The position numbers were made by a program, and so were the translations under genes. Shown in pieces: positions 49,924-61,062 of a DNA stretch of 64,000 nt. How positions within the stretch are numbered: position 1 is the stretch's first letter; every line of letters starts with the position of its first letter. The stretch is taken from positions 13,848 to 77,847 of the forward strand of contig PBMY01000003.1 of the NCBI GenBank assembly GCA_002722795.1, in the 5' to 3' direction. This stretch comes from Crocinitomicaceae bacterium. Its GTDB lineage: Bacteria; Bacteroidota; Bacteroidia; Flavobacteriales_D; Sanyastnellaceae. The notes under the pieces were generated by a model. It did not search any database. It had not been told where the DNA came from and worked only from the letters and a program-made list of their open reading frames with translations.

Positions 49924-51801
49924 ATGGAATTTTTGAAAAACATAGTGAGCTCTGCGATAGGCTCAATGGTAGCCCTTTTGATAGGCGGTATAATTTTAAT
50001 TTTCATCTTTGTTGCCGCCCTTGTTGGAGGTTTGACGAGTGCTTTTTCAGACACGTCAGGTAATAAATTTGTAATTAATGAAGACCAAGCAAACGTTTTG
50101 GTATTTGACCTAAATACTGCAATTGTTGAAAGAGGTGGGTCGCAGGATATATCATTTGGGCTAAATGGGATTAATGCTGACACTCAATTAGGTTTAGACC
50201 AAATCCTAGAAGGATTAGAACGAGCTTCAACTGATGAAGACATTGAGGGAATTCTCCTAAACATTTCTGGTGCAGGAGCTTATCCTTCTACTCTTGAGGA
50301 TATTAGAAAAGGAATTGATAATTTCAAAGAGTCCGGAAAATGGGTTCTAGCATGGGCAGAAGTAATGACACAAAAGGGATACTACATGAACTGTGTTGCT
50401 GACGAGGTGTATCTCCATCCAAATGGTATGATGAGCTTAACTGGACTTAGCTCTCAAGTAATGTTCTATCCAGGTCTATTCGAAAAACTTGGCATGGATG
50501 TCACTGTGCTAAGAGGACCCAATAACAAATACAAGAGCGCAGTAGAACCTTATTTTAGAAAGGATTTCAGTGAGGCGAATAAGGAACAGATAAATGCATT
50601 ACTTGGTGATTTTTGGGATACAATGACATCAGCAATATCGAAAAGTAGAGACATAAAAGTGTCATTAATTGATGATGCAGCAAATGATATTTCACTCAGA
50701 TTAGCTGAAGATGCAGTACAGCTTGGTTTTATAGATAAGCTGCTTTACGAGGACGAGCTAAATGATTTAATGGATGAGAAACTTGGAGAAGACATTGAAT
50801 TAAGTAAGATTTCATTTCTAGAATACACACTTGATGAGAGAATGTTTGGTTTCCCACTTTCATCCTCGGATGATTTTGTAGAATTATTTAATGAATCTTC
50901 AGATAATGAGGATTCAGATGATGAAAATCTTGGTGGTGAAGTTGCAATTATCTATGCAGTAGGTGGCATTCAGTCAGGCGAGGGTGATGCTGCTACAATT
51001 GGTTCTGAAACTATTGCTGGAGCAATTAGAGAAGCAAGATTGGCTCCTGATGTTAAGGCTGTTGTACTAAGGGTTAATTCTCCTGGAGGAAGTGCGCTTG
51101 CAAGCGATGTTATTTGGAGAGAAACTAAACTTTTAAAAGAATCTGGAAAGCACTTTATTGTTAGTATGAGTGATTTAGCCGCTTCCGGAGGCTACTACAT
51201 AAGTTGTGCTGCAGACAAAATTTATGCAAATGCTACAACTATAACCGGCTCAATTGGTGTTTTTGGAGCTATCCCTAACTTGGGAGGTGCTTTTGAAAAA
51301 CATCTAGGTATTTCTTTTGACAAAATCAAGACACACGATCATGCAGGTTCACCAGATGGTTTGTTTGCAATGAATCAGTATGAAATTGATGCTTATAATG
51401 AGATCATTGTAGATATTTATGATGACTTCACATCAAAGGTATCTGAGGGAAGAGGTTTGTCTAAAGAGCAGGTTGAAGAAGTTGCAAGAGGAAGAGTTTG
51501 GACAGGAGAGGATGCTCTTGAAATTGGTCTAGTTGATGAAATTGGAAGCATAGAGGATGCTGTTGCATATGCAGAGGGATTATTAGGTGGTGAAGATCTA
51601 GAAAGAGTTTATCTTCCAAAGAAAAAGGATTCTTTTGAGGCTATGATTGAAGATATTATAGGAATTGAAAGTGGTTTAAGTGCCTTAAATGTATTAGGAA
51701 TAGATGACATTTATCTTAAAGACGTGCTTGAGGTTAAACATATGGTAGAGTCCGGTGAAGTGATTCAAGCGAGATTGCCATTTAACTTATATATCAAATA
51801 A
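49924..51801 (+). CDS. sppA: Signal peptide peptidase SppA, 67K type
   Basis: N-terminal TM followed by two ClpP/crotonase-like halves. Includes VNSPGGSALASD and AASGGYYISCAADKIYA. Confidence 0.9.
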   Translation: MEFLKNIVSSAIGSMVALLIGGIILIFIFVAALVGGLTSAFSDTSGNKFVINEDQANVLVFDLNTAIVERGGSQDISFGLNGINADTQLGLDQILEGLERASTDEDIEGILLNISGAGAYPSTLEDIRKGIDNFKESGKWVLAWAEVMTQKGYYMNCVADEVYLHPNGMMSLTGLSSQVMFYPGLFEKLGMDVTVLRGPNNKYKSAVEPYFRKDFSEANKEQINALLGDFWDTMTSAISKSRDIKVSLIDDAANDISLRLAEDAVQLGFIDKLLYEDELNDLMDEKLGEDIELSKISFLEYTLDERMFGFPLSSSDDFVELFNESSDNEDSDDENLGGEVAIIYAVGGIQSGEGDAATIGSETIAGAIREARLAPDVKAVVLRVNSPGGSALASDVIWRETKLLKESGKHFIVSMSDLAASGGYYISCAADKIYANATTITGSIGVFGAIPNLGGAFEKHLGISFDKIKTHDHAGSPDGLFAMNQYEIDAYNEIIVDIYDDFTSKVSEGRGLSKEQVEEVARGRVWTGEDALEIGLVDEIGSIEDAVAYAEGLLGGEDLERVYLPKKKDSFEAMIEDIIGIESGLSALNVLGIDDIYLKDVLEVKHMVESGEVIQARLPFNLYIK

Positions 51802-51804
51802 GAT

Positions 51805-52323
51805 TTGGCCTTAGCAAAGGATATAAGATTAAGCCCTGAAGATTACGCAAAATCAGAGCACTTGCCTGTAGCTCTAATAATAGAGGACGTACGTTCCGGC
51901 AATAATATTGGTTCGTTTTTTAGAACTGGTGATGCTTTTAGAATTGCAAGTATTGAGCTTTGTGGTATTAGTTGTCATCCACCACACAGAGATATTTTAA
52001 AAACTGCTCTAGGCTCGAGTAAGCACGTACCCTGGAGAGGCCATAAAAATACTTTTGATGCTATTAATGTTCTCAAATCAGAAGGTTATAAGGTTGCGTC
52101 AGTTGAGCAAATTGATGAAAGTGTAATGCTTAACTCATGGCAACCTAAAAAAGGAGAGAAGTGGGCGTTTGTTCTTGGTAACGAAGTAAGAGGAGTTAGG
52201 AAAGAAACATGTTATGCTTCAGATGTTGTTGTTGAAATTCCTCAACTTGGAGTTAAACAAAGTATGAATGTCAGTGTATGCGCCGGAGTTGTACTTTGGC
52301 ATGCTTATCAGCACCTGAAGTAG
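51805..52323 (+). CDS. SpoU/TrmH-family RNA 2'-O-methyltransferase
   Basis: DVRSGNNIGSFFRTGDAF ... VLGNEVRGV ... IPQLGVKQSMNVSV. Only a TTG start at 51805 gives a full-length N-terminus. Confidence 0.78.
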   Translation: MALAKDIRLSPEDYAKSEHLPVALIIEDVRSGNNIGSFFRTGDAFRIASIELCGISCHPPHRDILKTALGSSKHVPWRGHKNTFDAINVLKSEGYKVASVEQIDESVMLNSWQPKKGEKWAFVLGNEVRGVRKETCYASDVVVEIPQLGVKQSMNVSVCAGVVLWHAYQHLK

Positions 52324-52346
52324 TGCATTAAATATTAAGACAAAGA

Positions 52347-52380
52347 AAAGGCCCGGCATAATTGTCAGGCCTTTCTTTTT
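52347..52380. terminator. Possible terminator hairpin between convergent genes
   Basis: AAAGGCC (52347-52353) pairs with GGCCTTT (52368-52374), followed by CTTTTT. The loop is long, so the support is modest. Confidence 0.45.
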
Positions 52381-52393
52381 GTGATAAGATATC

Positions 52394-54076
52394 TTACTCG
52401 ATTCCGTCGAACTCTAAGTCAGCTTTAGCCTTAGCTTCTAGTGATGAATCCTTTGTTAAGGCTGCATCAAGATTTGCTTTAGCACCGGCATTGTCGTCAA
52501 GACGAGCACAGCATATTGCAAGTACATAGCTAGCAATTGCACTTTCGTCATTTGAATTTTGAAGAGTTGTTTTAGCTCCCTTAGCATCTCCTTTAAGAAG
52601 CTTTGCAAGAGCAAGGTTTACAGATGTATATCCGCTCATGTTAGAAATAGCTGAGCCGTAATTTCCAAGATTGATAGCAACAAGTCCTTTGTTGTAGCTA
52701 GTCTCAGAACTAGATCCTGCTTTATTTAGTAGAGCTTCAGCATCATCTATTTTTCCTTCTTGACGTGCAATAGCACCAAGATTGTTTAGAACCGCTTTGT
52801 TGTTAGCGTCTAAGCTATTTGCTTTATTGAAAGCTTTTTTTGCTTGATTCCTACGACCCATTTCCATTAAGCAAACACCGCTATTGTTGTGCCCTCTTAA
52901 GTCATCAGCATGTACTTCAGCACAAGATGCATAGATTGTGTATTTATCATTTACACTATCAAATAATGTTGCGCTGTATAGAAGTTCTTCAACAGTAAGT
53001 GTTTCAGGAGCAGACATGCTAAGATCAATAAGTTCTTCATCTGTGTATCCTTCAACTGTGTAGTCAAGAGCAATCATTGAACGACGAAGAGAAGGAAGAA
53101 TTCGGTCTTCGATTTCAGAGTAAGTCTTTGCAATGTTGCGAATTTCCTCTTCACGCTTGTTCTTGTCTGCATACATTTCAAGTACACGGATGATTAGATC
53201 TTTATCCGAAATGTCAGAAGCCTTCATTAATTCCTTGAATCCTTCCCAATCCTCACCATGAGATACAAGATTTGCGAAGTCGTCACCGGAGTTAATCTTT
53301 ACTCTTCTCAATTCTCTTTGTAGAGATCTGTGAGCAGAATTTGCTCTGTCAGTTGCAAGATCTTTGTTTAGGCTAATTTCTCCTTCTGGTGAAGCATATG
53401 CATCAATTGTCACTCTAGAAAGAGCTACGCTATCTGCAGTCGCTGCAAGCGTAAATAATTCTTTCATAGAAGCCCACTCATCAGTTCTTAATTCAGAAGA
53501 TTTAACTACTGAACTGTTGTAATCGTAGTTAATTTCGTCGTTGTGAGTGTAATCCATTGTTCTTTTGAAATTGTCAGCAGTGATCATAAATTTGTCATCT
53601 GGCTGAACAAGCTTTGGTGTTGTAATAACACCTTTACATAGAAAGTATGGTTCAAAGTCAACCACACTATCACCTTTCTTGCCGCGTATTCGAAGTTCAA
53701 GATGAGCGCCGTCCTCCATAGCAGCATCGTAAGGAATACTTGAGTTGTAAGTGAATGATTTGCCTACTTCATATGAAATAACTGAGTAGTTGCCTGCAGC
53801 ATCTTCACCTTGGAATCCCTCAGTGTCAAATGCAGCTTCGCCACCTTCCCATACTAGAACAGGTGTAGCTTCAAGTATTACTTTCTTACCAAAGTATTTA
53901 GCAGGGAAGTTTCCAGTTATAGTAACATCAACATTTCCTCCTTTAAGAATCAATGTTTCAGGTTGAACAGATAGACCAACTGTGTCTAGGGCTTTTTCCA
54001 TAGAGCCAAGGCCCGCGCAGCCAGCTAAAAATATAGCTACCGCTATTGCAATAAATGTAGAGTTTGATTGTAGCAT
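52394..54076 (-). CDS. Lipoprotein with OmpA-C-like segment and C-terminal TPR-like repeats
   Basis: Lipobox IFLAGC counted from ATG 54076 (the listed start at 54118 is TTG). Also AYASPEGEISLNKDLATDRANSA (OmpA-like) and TPR-like NNLGAIARQEGKIDDAEALLNKA. Confidence 0.6.
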   Translation of the reverse strand: MLQSNSTFIAIAVAIFLAGCAGLGSMEKALDTVGLSVQPETLILKGGNVDVTITGNFPAKYFGKKVILEATPVLVWEGGEAAFDTEGFQGEDAAGNYSVISYEVGKSFTYNSSIPYDAAMEDGAHLELRIRGKKGDSVVDFEPYFLCKGVITTPKLVQPDDKFMITADNFKRTMDYTHNDEINYDYNSSVVKSSELRTDEWASMKELFTLAATADSVALSRVTIDAYASPEGEISLNKDLATDRANSAHRSLQRELRRVKINSGDDFANLVSHGEDWEGFKELMKASDISDKDLIIRVLEMYADKNKREEEIRNIAKTYSEIEDRILPSLRRSMIALDYTVEGYTDEELIDLSMSAPETLTVEELLYSATLFDSVNDKYTIYASCAEVHADDLRGHNNSGVCLMEMGRRNQAKKAFNKANSLDANNKAVLNNLGAIARQEGKIDDAEALLNKAGSSSETSYNKGLVAINLGNYGSAISNMSGYTSVNLALAKLLKGDAKGAKTTLQNSNDESAIASYVLAICCARLDDNAGAKANLDAALTKDSSLEAKAKADLEFDGIE

Positions 54077-54156
54077 GCGAGTAATTAGATTTGTGAATCG
54101 CAGATAAAATAATTTCAAAATTAGTATAAAAAGTATTGGGTGAAGGACAAAAAAAA

Positions 54157-55110
54157 TTAAGCTGTCACTACTCCCATGTTAGAAAACTTACGTATTCTTT
54201 GAGAGATTCTTTTGTCTGCTCCTTGCTTCATTAATGAGTCAATATTCTCAATGAGTACTTGCTTAATAGTAGCAAACATCTCATCTCTATTGTTATGTGC
54301 TCCGCCAAGAGGCTCTGGAATTATGTCGTCTATAAGACCAAGTTTTTGCATATCGTCGCCTGTAAGATTAAGTGCTTCAGCTGCAGTAATCTTGTGATCC
54401 CAAGATTTCCATAGAATTGAAGAACAAGATTCTGGAGAAATAACACTGTACCACGTGTTTTCTAGCATCATCACTTTATCTCCGATTCCAATACCTAGGG
54501 CTCCACCAGAAGCACCTTCACCTATTATTACACAAATAATTGGCACTTTAAGCTGAACCATTTCAATTAGGTTTCTAGCAATAGCTTCTCCTTGTCCTCT
54601 TTCTTCAGCCTCTAATCCAGGGTATGCTCCGGGAGTATCGATAAGCGTAACGACAGGTCTATTGAATTTTTCAGCAAGCTTCATTAATCTCAAGGCTTTC
54701 CTGTAGCCCTCTGGGTTAGCCATTCCAAAATTCCTGTACTGACGCATTTTAGTGTTTGACCCCTTTTGTTGGCCAATAAACATGATAGGTCTTCCGTCAA
54801 GTTCACCAAATCCCCCAACCATTGCTTTATCATCTTTTACAGTTCTATCACCGTGAAGTTCAATAAAGTTTCCCTCAGTAATAGATTCAATGTAATCTAG
54901 AGTATAGGGCCTATCAGGATGTCTACTCACAAGCACTCTTTCCCAGGGTGTGAGTTTACCATAAATCTCCTTAGTTACTTCTTCTATTTTAGCTTCAAGC
55001 TCAACAATAGTAGTCTTCATATCAAGGTCATTCTTTTCCTCAATATCTTTTGCCTTATCAATCTGCTCTCTCAGAGTTTTGATGGGCTCTTCGAATTCTA
55101 GATAATTCAT
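54157..55110 (-). CDS. accA: Acetyl-CoA carboxylase carboxyltransferase subunit alpha
   Basis: [12 protein letters not shown] ... [22 protein letters not shown] ... [10 protein letters not shown]. Confidence 0.95.
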   Translation of the reverse strand: MNYLEFEEPIKTLREQIDKAKDIEEKNDLDMKTTIVELEAKIEEVTKEIYGKLTPWERVLVSRHPDRPYTLDYIESITEGNFIELHGDRTVKDDKAMVGGFGELDGRPIMFIGQQKGSNTKMRQYRNFGMANPEGYRKALRLMKLAEKFNRPVVTLIDTPGAYPGLEAEERGQGEAIARNLIEMVQLKVPIICVIIGEGASGGALGIGIGDKVMMLENTWYSVISPESCSSILWKSWDHKITAAEALNLTGDDMQKLGLIDDIIPEPLGGAHNNRDEMFATIKQVLIENIDSLMKQGADKRISQRIRKFSNMGVVTA

Positions 55111-55112
55111 TA

Positions 55113-57725
55113 CTACAAAGATGATAAATACTCGAGCATTTCCCTAATTGCTTCGGCCCTATGACTGATTTTATTTTTCTCATCGCCACTCATTTCTGAA
55201 AAAGTCCTTGTTTCACCTGATGGAATAAAGATGGGGTCGTATCCAAACCCCTCATTTCCAGATTGTTCATCTGCTATTTTTCCTAAACAAACTCCTTCGA
55301 TTAGCTTCTCAGTAGAGCCTGTAATTACATGAATTGCTGTCCTAAATTGAGCACTTCTGTCAATTGCGCCAACCCTATTTAGCTCATTGAGAAGATGAGT
55401 CATGTTTTTTCCGGCATTTTTCTCTGGTCCCCCGTACCTAGCTGTAATAACTCCTGGTGCACCATCTAGAGCTTTTACTTCTAATCCAGTATCATCTGCA
55501 AAGCAGTCGTATCCATAGGTTTCTTTTACGTATCTAGCTTTTAATGCTGCATTTCCTTCTAGTGTTGACGATGTTTCAGGTATGTCTTCAATACAGCCGA
55601 TGTCTTGAAGTGATTTGACTATGTATTGTCCTTCTAAGAGACGTTGCACTTCCTTTACTTTGTTGAGATTAGCTGTTGCAAATACAATAAAAGGTAGGTT
55701 TTGTGCCATTTGTTTTCTCAAGATTTTTCCGGCCGAATTTCTTTCTATAGGGCCAAACTTATAACTCCTTGGACTCTCTACTCCCTTTAAAACCCCACTA
55801 ACCTGTGATACGATTTTCGTTAATTGACTTTCTGAAGGCTCAGAAATGTCTAGCCTCAATTCAATACTTGTCCCAAGTTCAGAGTTTGGGATACCATAAA
55901 TTGCAAGATCGCATTCAAAAATGCCATCAAGTTTCTTTTCCAATATTATAGGATTGAATTTAATTCCACCAGAATTGATGATGTCGCTATCTCTACCAAT
56001 CCAAGAAAATCTTGTTGATGAAACTAGGTCTACGATATCGTCTGTAATTAGTTCTTTAATACCCCTATTTGGATCAGTAATCACGAGATTGCCAATATCT
56101 GTGATTTTAAAACTAACTCCAGGTAATGCCTCGAATGTTTCATCTCCAATTTTTCTAAGAGCAACGTGTGTAATGGTTTCAGTCATTCCAAAACCCTCAT
56201 AAACATTTGGCTTAGATATAGGAATAGTTATAGGTGCCCCACCAAGTAAGATGTCCCCTTCTATTTGTCGAGTAAGTTTGGTATATTGGTGAGGTGTAAG
56301 TGCTGCAAAATCTACTCTACCAAACCAAGAACACTTAAGTCTAGGATCAATTGCAACAACATCTAATCCACCTACTAATGCTCTTACTAGCATCATTTTG
56401 CCCGCTATGAAATTCATTGGCAATGCGTGAAGAATTCTATCTCCTTTATTCAGATTGAAATATTCAATAGTTTGAGTAGCACTATGAACAACGGATTCAC
56501 GAGAATGTAAAATGAGCTTTGGTTCACCTGTAGATCCAGATGTCATACATTCTAAAGGATCTATTGTGTTGTTCCAAAAATCTAGGAAATCGGCCAAACC
56601 ATCTGTCCAGCTTGGGCGCATGTCATCTTCTTTAAATGCCTTAGAGCCTTCGGGATCAAGCGCCCATTTTCTACCATCCACTTCTAGAGTAGGGAAGGAG
56701 GTGTATTTGGTTTGTCCTCGATTAATTACCAATTCTCCTCCAATATTATTCTCAAACAAACTGCCAGTACCCAAACCTGAAACTCCCTCAAACATAGAAT
56801 GCTTTATCATCATCACTGAAGTCCAATCCGCTATTGCTTGCAAGCCGATGTTAGACTCAAGAGCTGAAGTACTCCACCAACCAATCCCCCTTTCTTCAGC
56901 AAGAGTAATCCACTTTTCAGACATGGCTAAACCTCCAATTAGGGATGGTTTAAGAATGATGAACTGGGGTTTGGCCGAGTCTAAAACATTAACCATTCCT
57001 GCTTCAGTGAAGATTCCAATAAGCTCTTCGTCTAAAGCAATCCTTATTGGACTTTTTGCACACACATCAGCCATCAATTCAAGTTGACCAGCACTAACAG
57101 GCTGCTCGACACTATGAATTTTGAACTTCTCAAGCTGTGAAAGTTTATCCAAAGCATCTTCTTCCCAAGCCCCATTGGCATCAAGCCTAAGAGTGTATTC
57201 AGGAAAAGGACAGATCAGTCTCACTTCTCTCAAAATCTCAAGCTCTTTTTCAAAATTTAGAGCTCCGATTTTGAGCTTTATCGTCTTGAACCCTTTCGAC
57301 TTTAACTCCTTGACCTGTTCTAGCATCCCCTCGGCATCAGCCATCCAAACTAGCCCGTTTGTTTCAAGTCCATCTTCTCCCTGTATAAACGGCGTTTCGG
57401 TTTGCTCGCCACTTAGTTTTTGGATTAGCATTTCAACGGCAAACCTTACCGATGGCAGTTCGAGAGGTATGTCACCTAGATTAAGAGTTGACCCCTTAGC
57501 TATTCTATTGAGTTCTGCTACCGCCTGCTCTTCGCTTTCGTGACTTAGCCCTGGAATCAGACTGCATTCTCCCCAAGCGGTTTTTCCATCTGAGGTTGTG
57601 GCTTTAAGAAGGTAGCATGGCTTCTCTAAAAGAGTATCGCGTGACGTTTTTGCAGGCTTTTTAAAACTCAGTGGCCTGCTAATGACTTCGATATTAAGTC
57701 CTTCTATTGCGATTGATTCAGGCAC
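55113..57725 (-). CDS. Single ORF fusing o-succinylbenzoate synthase (MenC), o-succinylbenzoate-CoA ligase (MenE) and an RdgB/HAM1-type non-canonical purine NTP pyrophosphatase
   Basis: 870 codons with no stop.
- aa 1 to about 342 are enolase-superfamily: KLKIG, RLDANG, ALDEEL.
- aa about 343 to 672 form an AMP-binding domain: [35 protein letters not shown].
- aa 673 to 870 (55113-55709) are an ITPase: [36 protein letters not shown].
The start is GTG at 57725. Confidence 0.8.
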   Translation of the reverse strand: MPESIAIEGLNIEVISRPLSFKKPAKTSRDTLLEKPCYLLKATTSDGKTAWGECSLIPGLSHESEEQAVAELNRIAKGSTLNLGDIPLELPSVRFAVEMLIQKLSGEQTETPFIQGEDGLETNGLVWMADAEGMLEQVKELKSKGFKTIKLKIGALNFEKELEILREVRLICPFPEYTLRLDANGAWEEDALDKLSQLEKFKIHSVEQPVSAGQLELMADVCAKSPIRIALDEELIGIFTEAGMVNVLDSAKPQFIILKPSLIGGLAMSEKWITLAEERGIGWWSTSALESNIGLQAIADWTSVMMIKHSMFEGVSGLGTGSLFENNIGGELVINRGQTKYTSFPTLEVDGRKWALDPEGSKAFKEDDMRPSWTDGLADFLDFWNNTIDPLECMTSGSTGEPKLILHSRESVVHSATQTIEYFNLNKGDRILHALPMNFIAGKMMLVRALVGGLDVVAIDPRLKCSWFGRVDFAALTPHQYTKLTRQIEGDILLGGAPITIPISKPNVYEGFGMTETITHVALRKIGDETFEALPGVSFKITDIGNLVITDPNRGIKELITDDIVDLVSSTRFSWIGRDSDIINSGGIKFNPIILEKKLDGIFECDLAIYGIPNSELGTSIELRLDISEPSESQLTKIVSQVSGVLKGVESPRSYKFGPIERNSAGKILRKQMAQNLPFIVFATANLNKVKEVQRLLEGQYIVKSLQDIGCIEDIPETSSTLEGNAALKARYVKETYGYDCFADDTGLEVKALDGAPGVITARYGGPEKNAGKNMTHLLNELNRVGAIDRSAQFRTAIHVITGSTEKLIEGVCLGKIADEQSGNEGFGYDPIFIPSGETRTFSEMSGDEKNKISHRAEAIREMLEYLSSL

Positions 57726-57735
57726 AGCTGCTAGT

Positions 57736-58629
57736 CTAAAGTGTAACAGACATTAGCATAAACATTCCAGTAACGAATGCCATCAACGCTACTTTTTTAA
57801 GCTCGGGGTCTAAGATTTGCGGGTCCTTTGTATCCCAAACTAATTTCAAATGTTTTGCGCAAACAAGAGCAATCAGAACGTACCATAGAAGTCCTCGCCA
57901 ATCCTGTAGGAAGTAGAGCATGCAAGCCCAAGCGGTGATAAGGAGTAGGGCGTGGTATTGTTTGGCCTTATCAAAACCTATCTTAACAATAAGTGTATTT
58001 TTCCCAGAAGCCTTATCGCCTTCATGGTCGCGCATATTGTTCAGATTCAAAACTCCAACAGCCATCAGGCCTGAGAAGGTGGCAGGAAGGAGCCAAATCA
58101 TTTGGAATGTGTGAGTCAGTAGAAAGGCAATTCCAAGAACTCCAACGTAGCCAAAAAACACAAGTACAAATAGATCTCCCAGTCCTCTGTAGCCATATGC
58201 AGTTCTACCCATAGTGTACTTGAAGGCGGCTGCAATAGAGCAGATTCCCAAAAGCACGAGGCCACATGCAGCCCAGTTAATCCCAATTTCGTAAAAGCTA
58301 AGATAGACGGTTGCACATCCTGCAAGGAATATGACTACGGAGTTGAAGATCATCTTAGCTCTCATCTCCTCGGGAGTTATTTCGCCAGAAGCAAGAGCCC
58401 TGTCTGGTCTATTCTCTCCGTCGGTTCCCTTCATAAAGTCACCATAATCGTTTGCGAAATTCGCAAGCGTTTGCAGTTTAATTACAACAAAGGCAGCAAG
58501 CGCTAGAATTAACAAATCAGCACTTGGATTCTCCTTTAACCCCAGTGCACCACCAATCAATACGCAGGTTGAAGCAAGCGGGAGGGTTCTTAGGCGCGAA
58601 GCCTTAATCCAAGCCTTGATGCTCGCCAT
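57736..58629 (-). CDS. menA: 1,4-dihydroxy-2-naphthoate polyprenyltransferase
   Basis: UbiA-family polytopic protein with NDYGDF and NNMRDHEGD motifs. Confidence 0.9.
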   Translation of the reverse strand: MASIKAWIKASRLRTLPLASTCVLIGGALGLKENPSADLLILALAAFVVIKLQTLANFANDYGDFMKGTDGENRPDRALASGEITPEEMRAKMIFNSVVIFLAGCATVYLSFYEIGINWAACGLVLLGICSIAAAFKYTMGRTAYGYRGLGDLFVLVFFGYVGVLGIAFLLTHTFQMIWLLPATFSGLMAVGVLNLNNMRDHEGDKASGKNTLIVKIGFDKAKQYHALLLITAWACMLYFLQDWRGLLWYVLIALVCAKHLKLVWDTKDPQILDPELKKVALMAFVTGMFMLMSVTL

Positions 58630-58630
58630 A

Positions 58631-59452
58631 TTATGGGAACTTCGGGTACTGTTGGAAGTTTGGCTCCCTCTTTTCTAAGAACGCCTTCTTACCCTCTTGG
58701 GCTTCCTCCATCAGATAGTACATCAGTGTTGCGTCGCCAGCAAAATCCATTAATCCTCGCTGGCCATCAAGCTCAGCATTCAAGCCACGCTTAATCATCC
58801 TCACAGCAAGAGGCGACCTCTTTAAAATTGTTTTGCACCATTCAATAGTAGTATCCTCGAGCTTGTCTAGAGGTACAACAGTGTTTACAAGACCCATCTT
58901 TTCTGCTTCGTCAGCAGAATATTGATTACAAAGGAACCAAATCTCTCTAGCCTTCTTCTGCCCCACGATAGATGCTAGATAGCTCGAACCAAAACCAGCG
59001 TCGAAACTCCCCACCTTAGGCCCAGTCTGCCCAAAAATAGCATTGTCTGAAGCTATGCTCAGATCGCAAACAACGTGTAGAACGTGGCCTCCACCAATGG
59101 CATATCCATTTACCATTGCGATTACTGGCTTAGGAAGAGAACGGATTCTCTTGTGCAAATCCAAAACGTTTAATCTTGGTACGCCGTCTTCGCCTACATA
59201 ACCACCGATTCCTTTTACGTTTTGGTCTCCACCAGAACAAAATGCCTTATCTCCTTCGCCAGTTAATACTACTACTCCCACGTCGTTCATTTCGCGGGCC
59301 ATGTCCATCGCGTCAATCATCTCAATATTCGTTTCCGGACGGAAGGCGTTATACACCTTAGGGCGACAGATTGTGATTTTAGCTATTCCTTCGAAGAATT
59401 CAAATTTGATATCCTCGTATTCCTTAATCGTTGTCCAATTGCGTTGGTTCAT
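58631..59452 (-). CDS. menB: 1,4-dihydroxy-2-naphthoyl-CoA synthase
   Basis: Crotonase fold: [30 protein letters not shown], and a C-terminal KREPNF. Confidence 0.95.
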   Translation of the reverse strand: MNQRNWTTIKEYEDIKFEFFEGIAKITICRPKVYNAFRPETNIEMIDAMDMAREMNDVGVVVLTGEGDKAFCSGGDQNVKGIGGYVGEDGVPRLNVLDLHKRIRSLPKPVIAMVNGYAIGGGHVLHVVCDLSIASDNAIFGQTGPKVGSFDAGFGSSYLASIVGQKKAREIWFLCNQYSADEAEKMGLVNTVVPLDKLEDTTIEWCKTILKRSPLAVRMIKRGLNAELDGQRGLMDFAGDATLMYYLMEEAQEGKKAFLEKREPNFQQYPKFP

Positions 59453-61062
59453 TTTTTTGATAATATCGTTTTATAAACTTCAGTACTCTTCAAACCGTCT
59501 GTTATGACTTCCAAAATAGATGCGGCATTGTTTTGCATCATCTCATCCATGGCCTTCTGAGTTTCTACCTGATTCCTTGCACAAAAATAATTTAGACCGC
59601 AGTATTCAGCTGCAGCTTTGACAGATGTTCTAGGTTTAGTTTCAAAGTATTTATCAACCAAGCCCATACTCTCAGGACCGTCGAGCCACCTGAAAATCTC
59701 ACCTCCACCATTGTTAATTACAACAACCCTCAAATTTCCCGGCACCTCATCAATAGTAGCAAGTCCGTTCAAATCATATTGGAACGCCACATCACCAGTA
59801 ATTATAACCACAGGCGCCTCTGAATTCAATGCATTCCCTACAGCAGTGGAGGTGCATCCATCAATTCCTGCAACCCCTCGATTACAATGAATTGTTTTAC
59901 TCAGAGATGTATCTACCATTTGCACATATCTAGCAGATGTGGAATTACTCAAATGAATCCTTGCGTTTTCTGGTGTAGCCTTTAGCACTATGTCGAAAGC
60001 CTTTAGATCAGACCAAGGCAATCCATCAGTATTCGCACTTTTCTCAAGCTTTGCCCAAGCTGATGCGAAATCTTTGTCAATTTTTTCAGCACCTTCAAAC
60101 GCCTCCAGCCATAAACTAGTGTCTGCGTCAATAGTTTTGGCTAACTCTCCCCATGTATCCCATCCTTTGCCTGTATCTCCAACGTGAAAGTGTTTTGGTT
60201 TTTGTGAGATAAGGTAGTTCCTAAACGATTTGCTAAGGGTAGGTGTTCCTAAAGTAATTACAATCTCAGGTGCAAGTTCATCTGGCAACACTCCACCATT
60301 TTGAGCCATTAGCATATCTGCCGAGTGGATAACTGATTGTCCAGAAAGTCCGGAAAATTTCTCACAAATTCCTGGAAGTATAGTTGTGGGCTTTCTACGC
60401 TTGTAAAAAGGAATTGATCCAGCTACTAATAAGATTTTTGCACCGTCTTTGCATAGCTCTTCAGGAATTTCAATATTCTGATCTATAGAATTTGATGCGC
60501 CTATTAAATTTAAATCTTCGCTGCTTTTTAAAAGACCATAAAGTGGTTCTTCAAACGGTACATTTATATGAACAGAAGTTCCTTTTGAAGCAATAATGAA
60601 TGCTTTGGCTGTTTCCACAATTATTGCTTCGTCGCTCATCTCTAGTTCGTCGATCACTACGCTGTGCTTGCAGTTTTTGCCAAATACTCCAGTCTGAAAC
60701 ACGCTTTGACCGTGTCCTTTTCCAATCACTGATGTTGGCCTATCGGCTGTAATGCTGATAAGAGTAATTCTATGGTGGAAAGCCTCAGCCATTGCTGGCC
60801 CATGATTAATTGCCGCTGTACCTGATGTACAAATTACAGCAGCTGGTATGCCGGTTTCTAATCCTAATCCCAAAGCAACGTGAGCGGCTGATCTTTCATC
60901 AACAACTACATGAGTCTTTATCTGAGGGTGAGCGTCAAATGCTATCGTTAGGGGTGCATTTCTAGACCCAGGGCTAATTACGACATGCTTAAGACCAGAG
61001 GCTGCAAGCTGAGCAACTAATACTGATGCTCCTCTATGGTCCGATGTCTGATAATTACCCAT
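59449..61062 (-). CDS. menD: 2-succinyl-5-enolpyruvyl-6-hydroxy-3-cyclohexene-1-carboxylate synthase
   Basis: ThDP enzyme: [18 protein letters not shown], and [12 protein letters not shown]...NNGGGEIF. Confidence 0.9.
   Translation of the reverse strand: MGNYQTSDHRGASVLVAQLAASGLKHVVISPGSRNAPLTIAFDAHPQIKTHVVVDERSAAHVALGLGLETGIPAAVICTSGTAAINHGPAMAEAFHHRITLISITADRPTSVIGKGHGQSVFQTGVFGKNCKHSVVIDELEMSDEAIIVETAKAFIIASKGTSVHINVPFEEPLYGLLKSSEDLNLIGASNSIDQNIEIPEELCKDGAKILLVAGSIPFYKRRKPTTILPGICEKFSGLSGQSVIHSADMLMAQNGGVLPDELAPEIVITLGTPTLSKSFRNYLISQKPKHFHVGDTGKGWDTWGELAKTIDADTSLWLEAFEGAEKIDKDFASAWAKLEKSANTDGLPWSDLKAFDIVLKATPENARIHLSNSTSARYVQMVDTSLSKTIHCNRGVAGIDGCTSTAVGNALNSEAPVVIITGDVAFQYDLNGLATIDEVPGNLRVVVINNGGGEIFRWLDGPESMGLVDKYFETKPRTSVKAAAEYCGLNYFCARNQVETQKAMDEMMQNNAASILEVITDGLKSTEVYKTILSKK

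Noticed and set aside
55921-57543. Antisense ORFs of 93, 191 and 140 aa inside the MenC-MenE-RdgB ORF.
   Set aside because: Ser/Pro/Ile-rich low-complexity translations opposite a confidently coding frame. There is no independent support.
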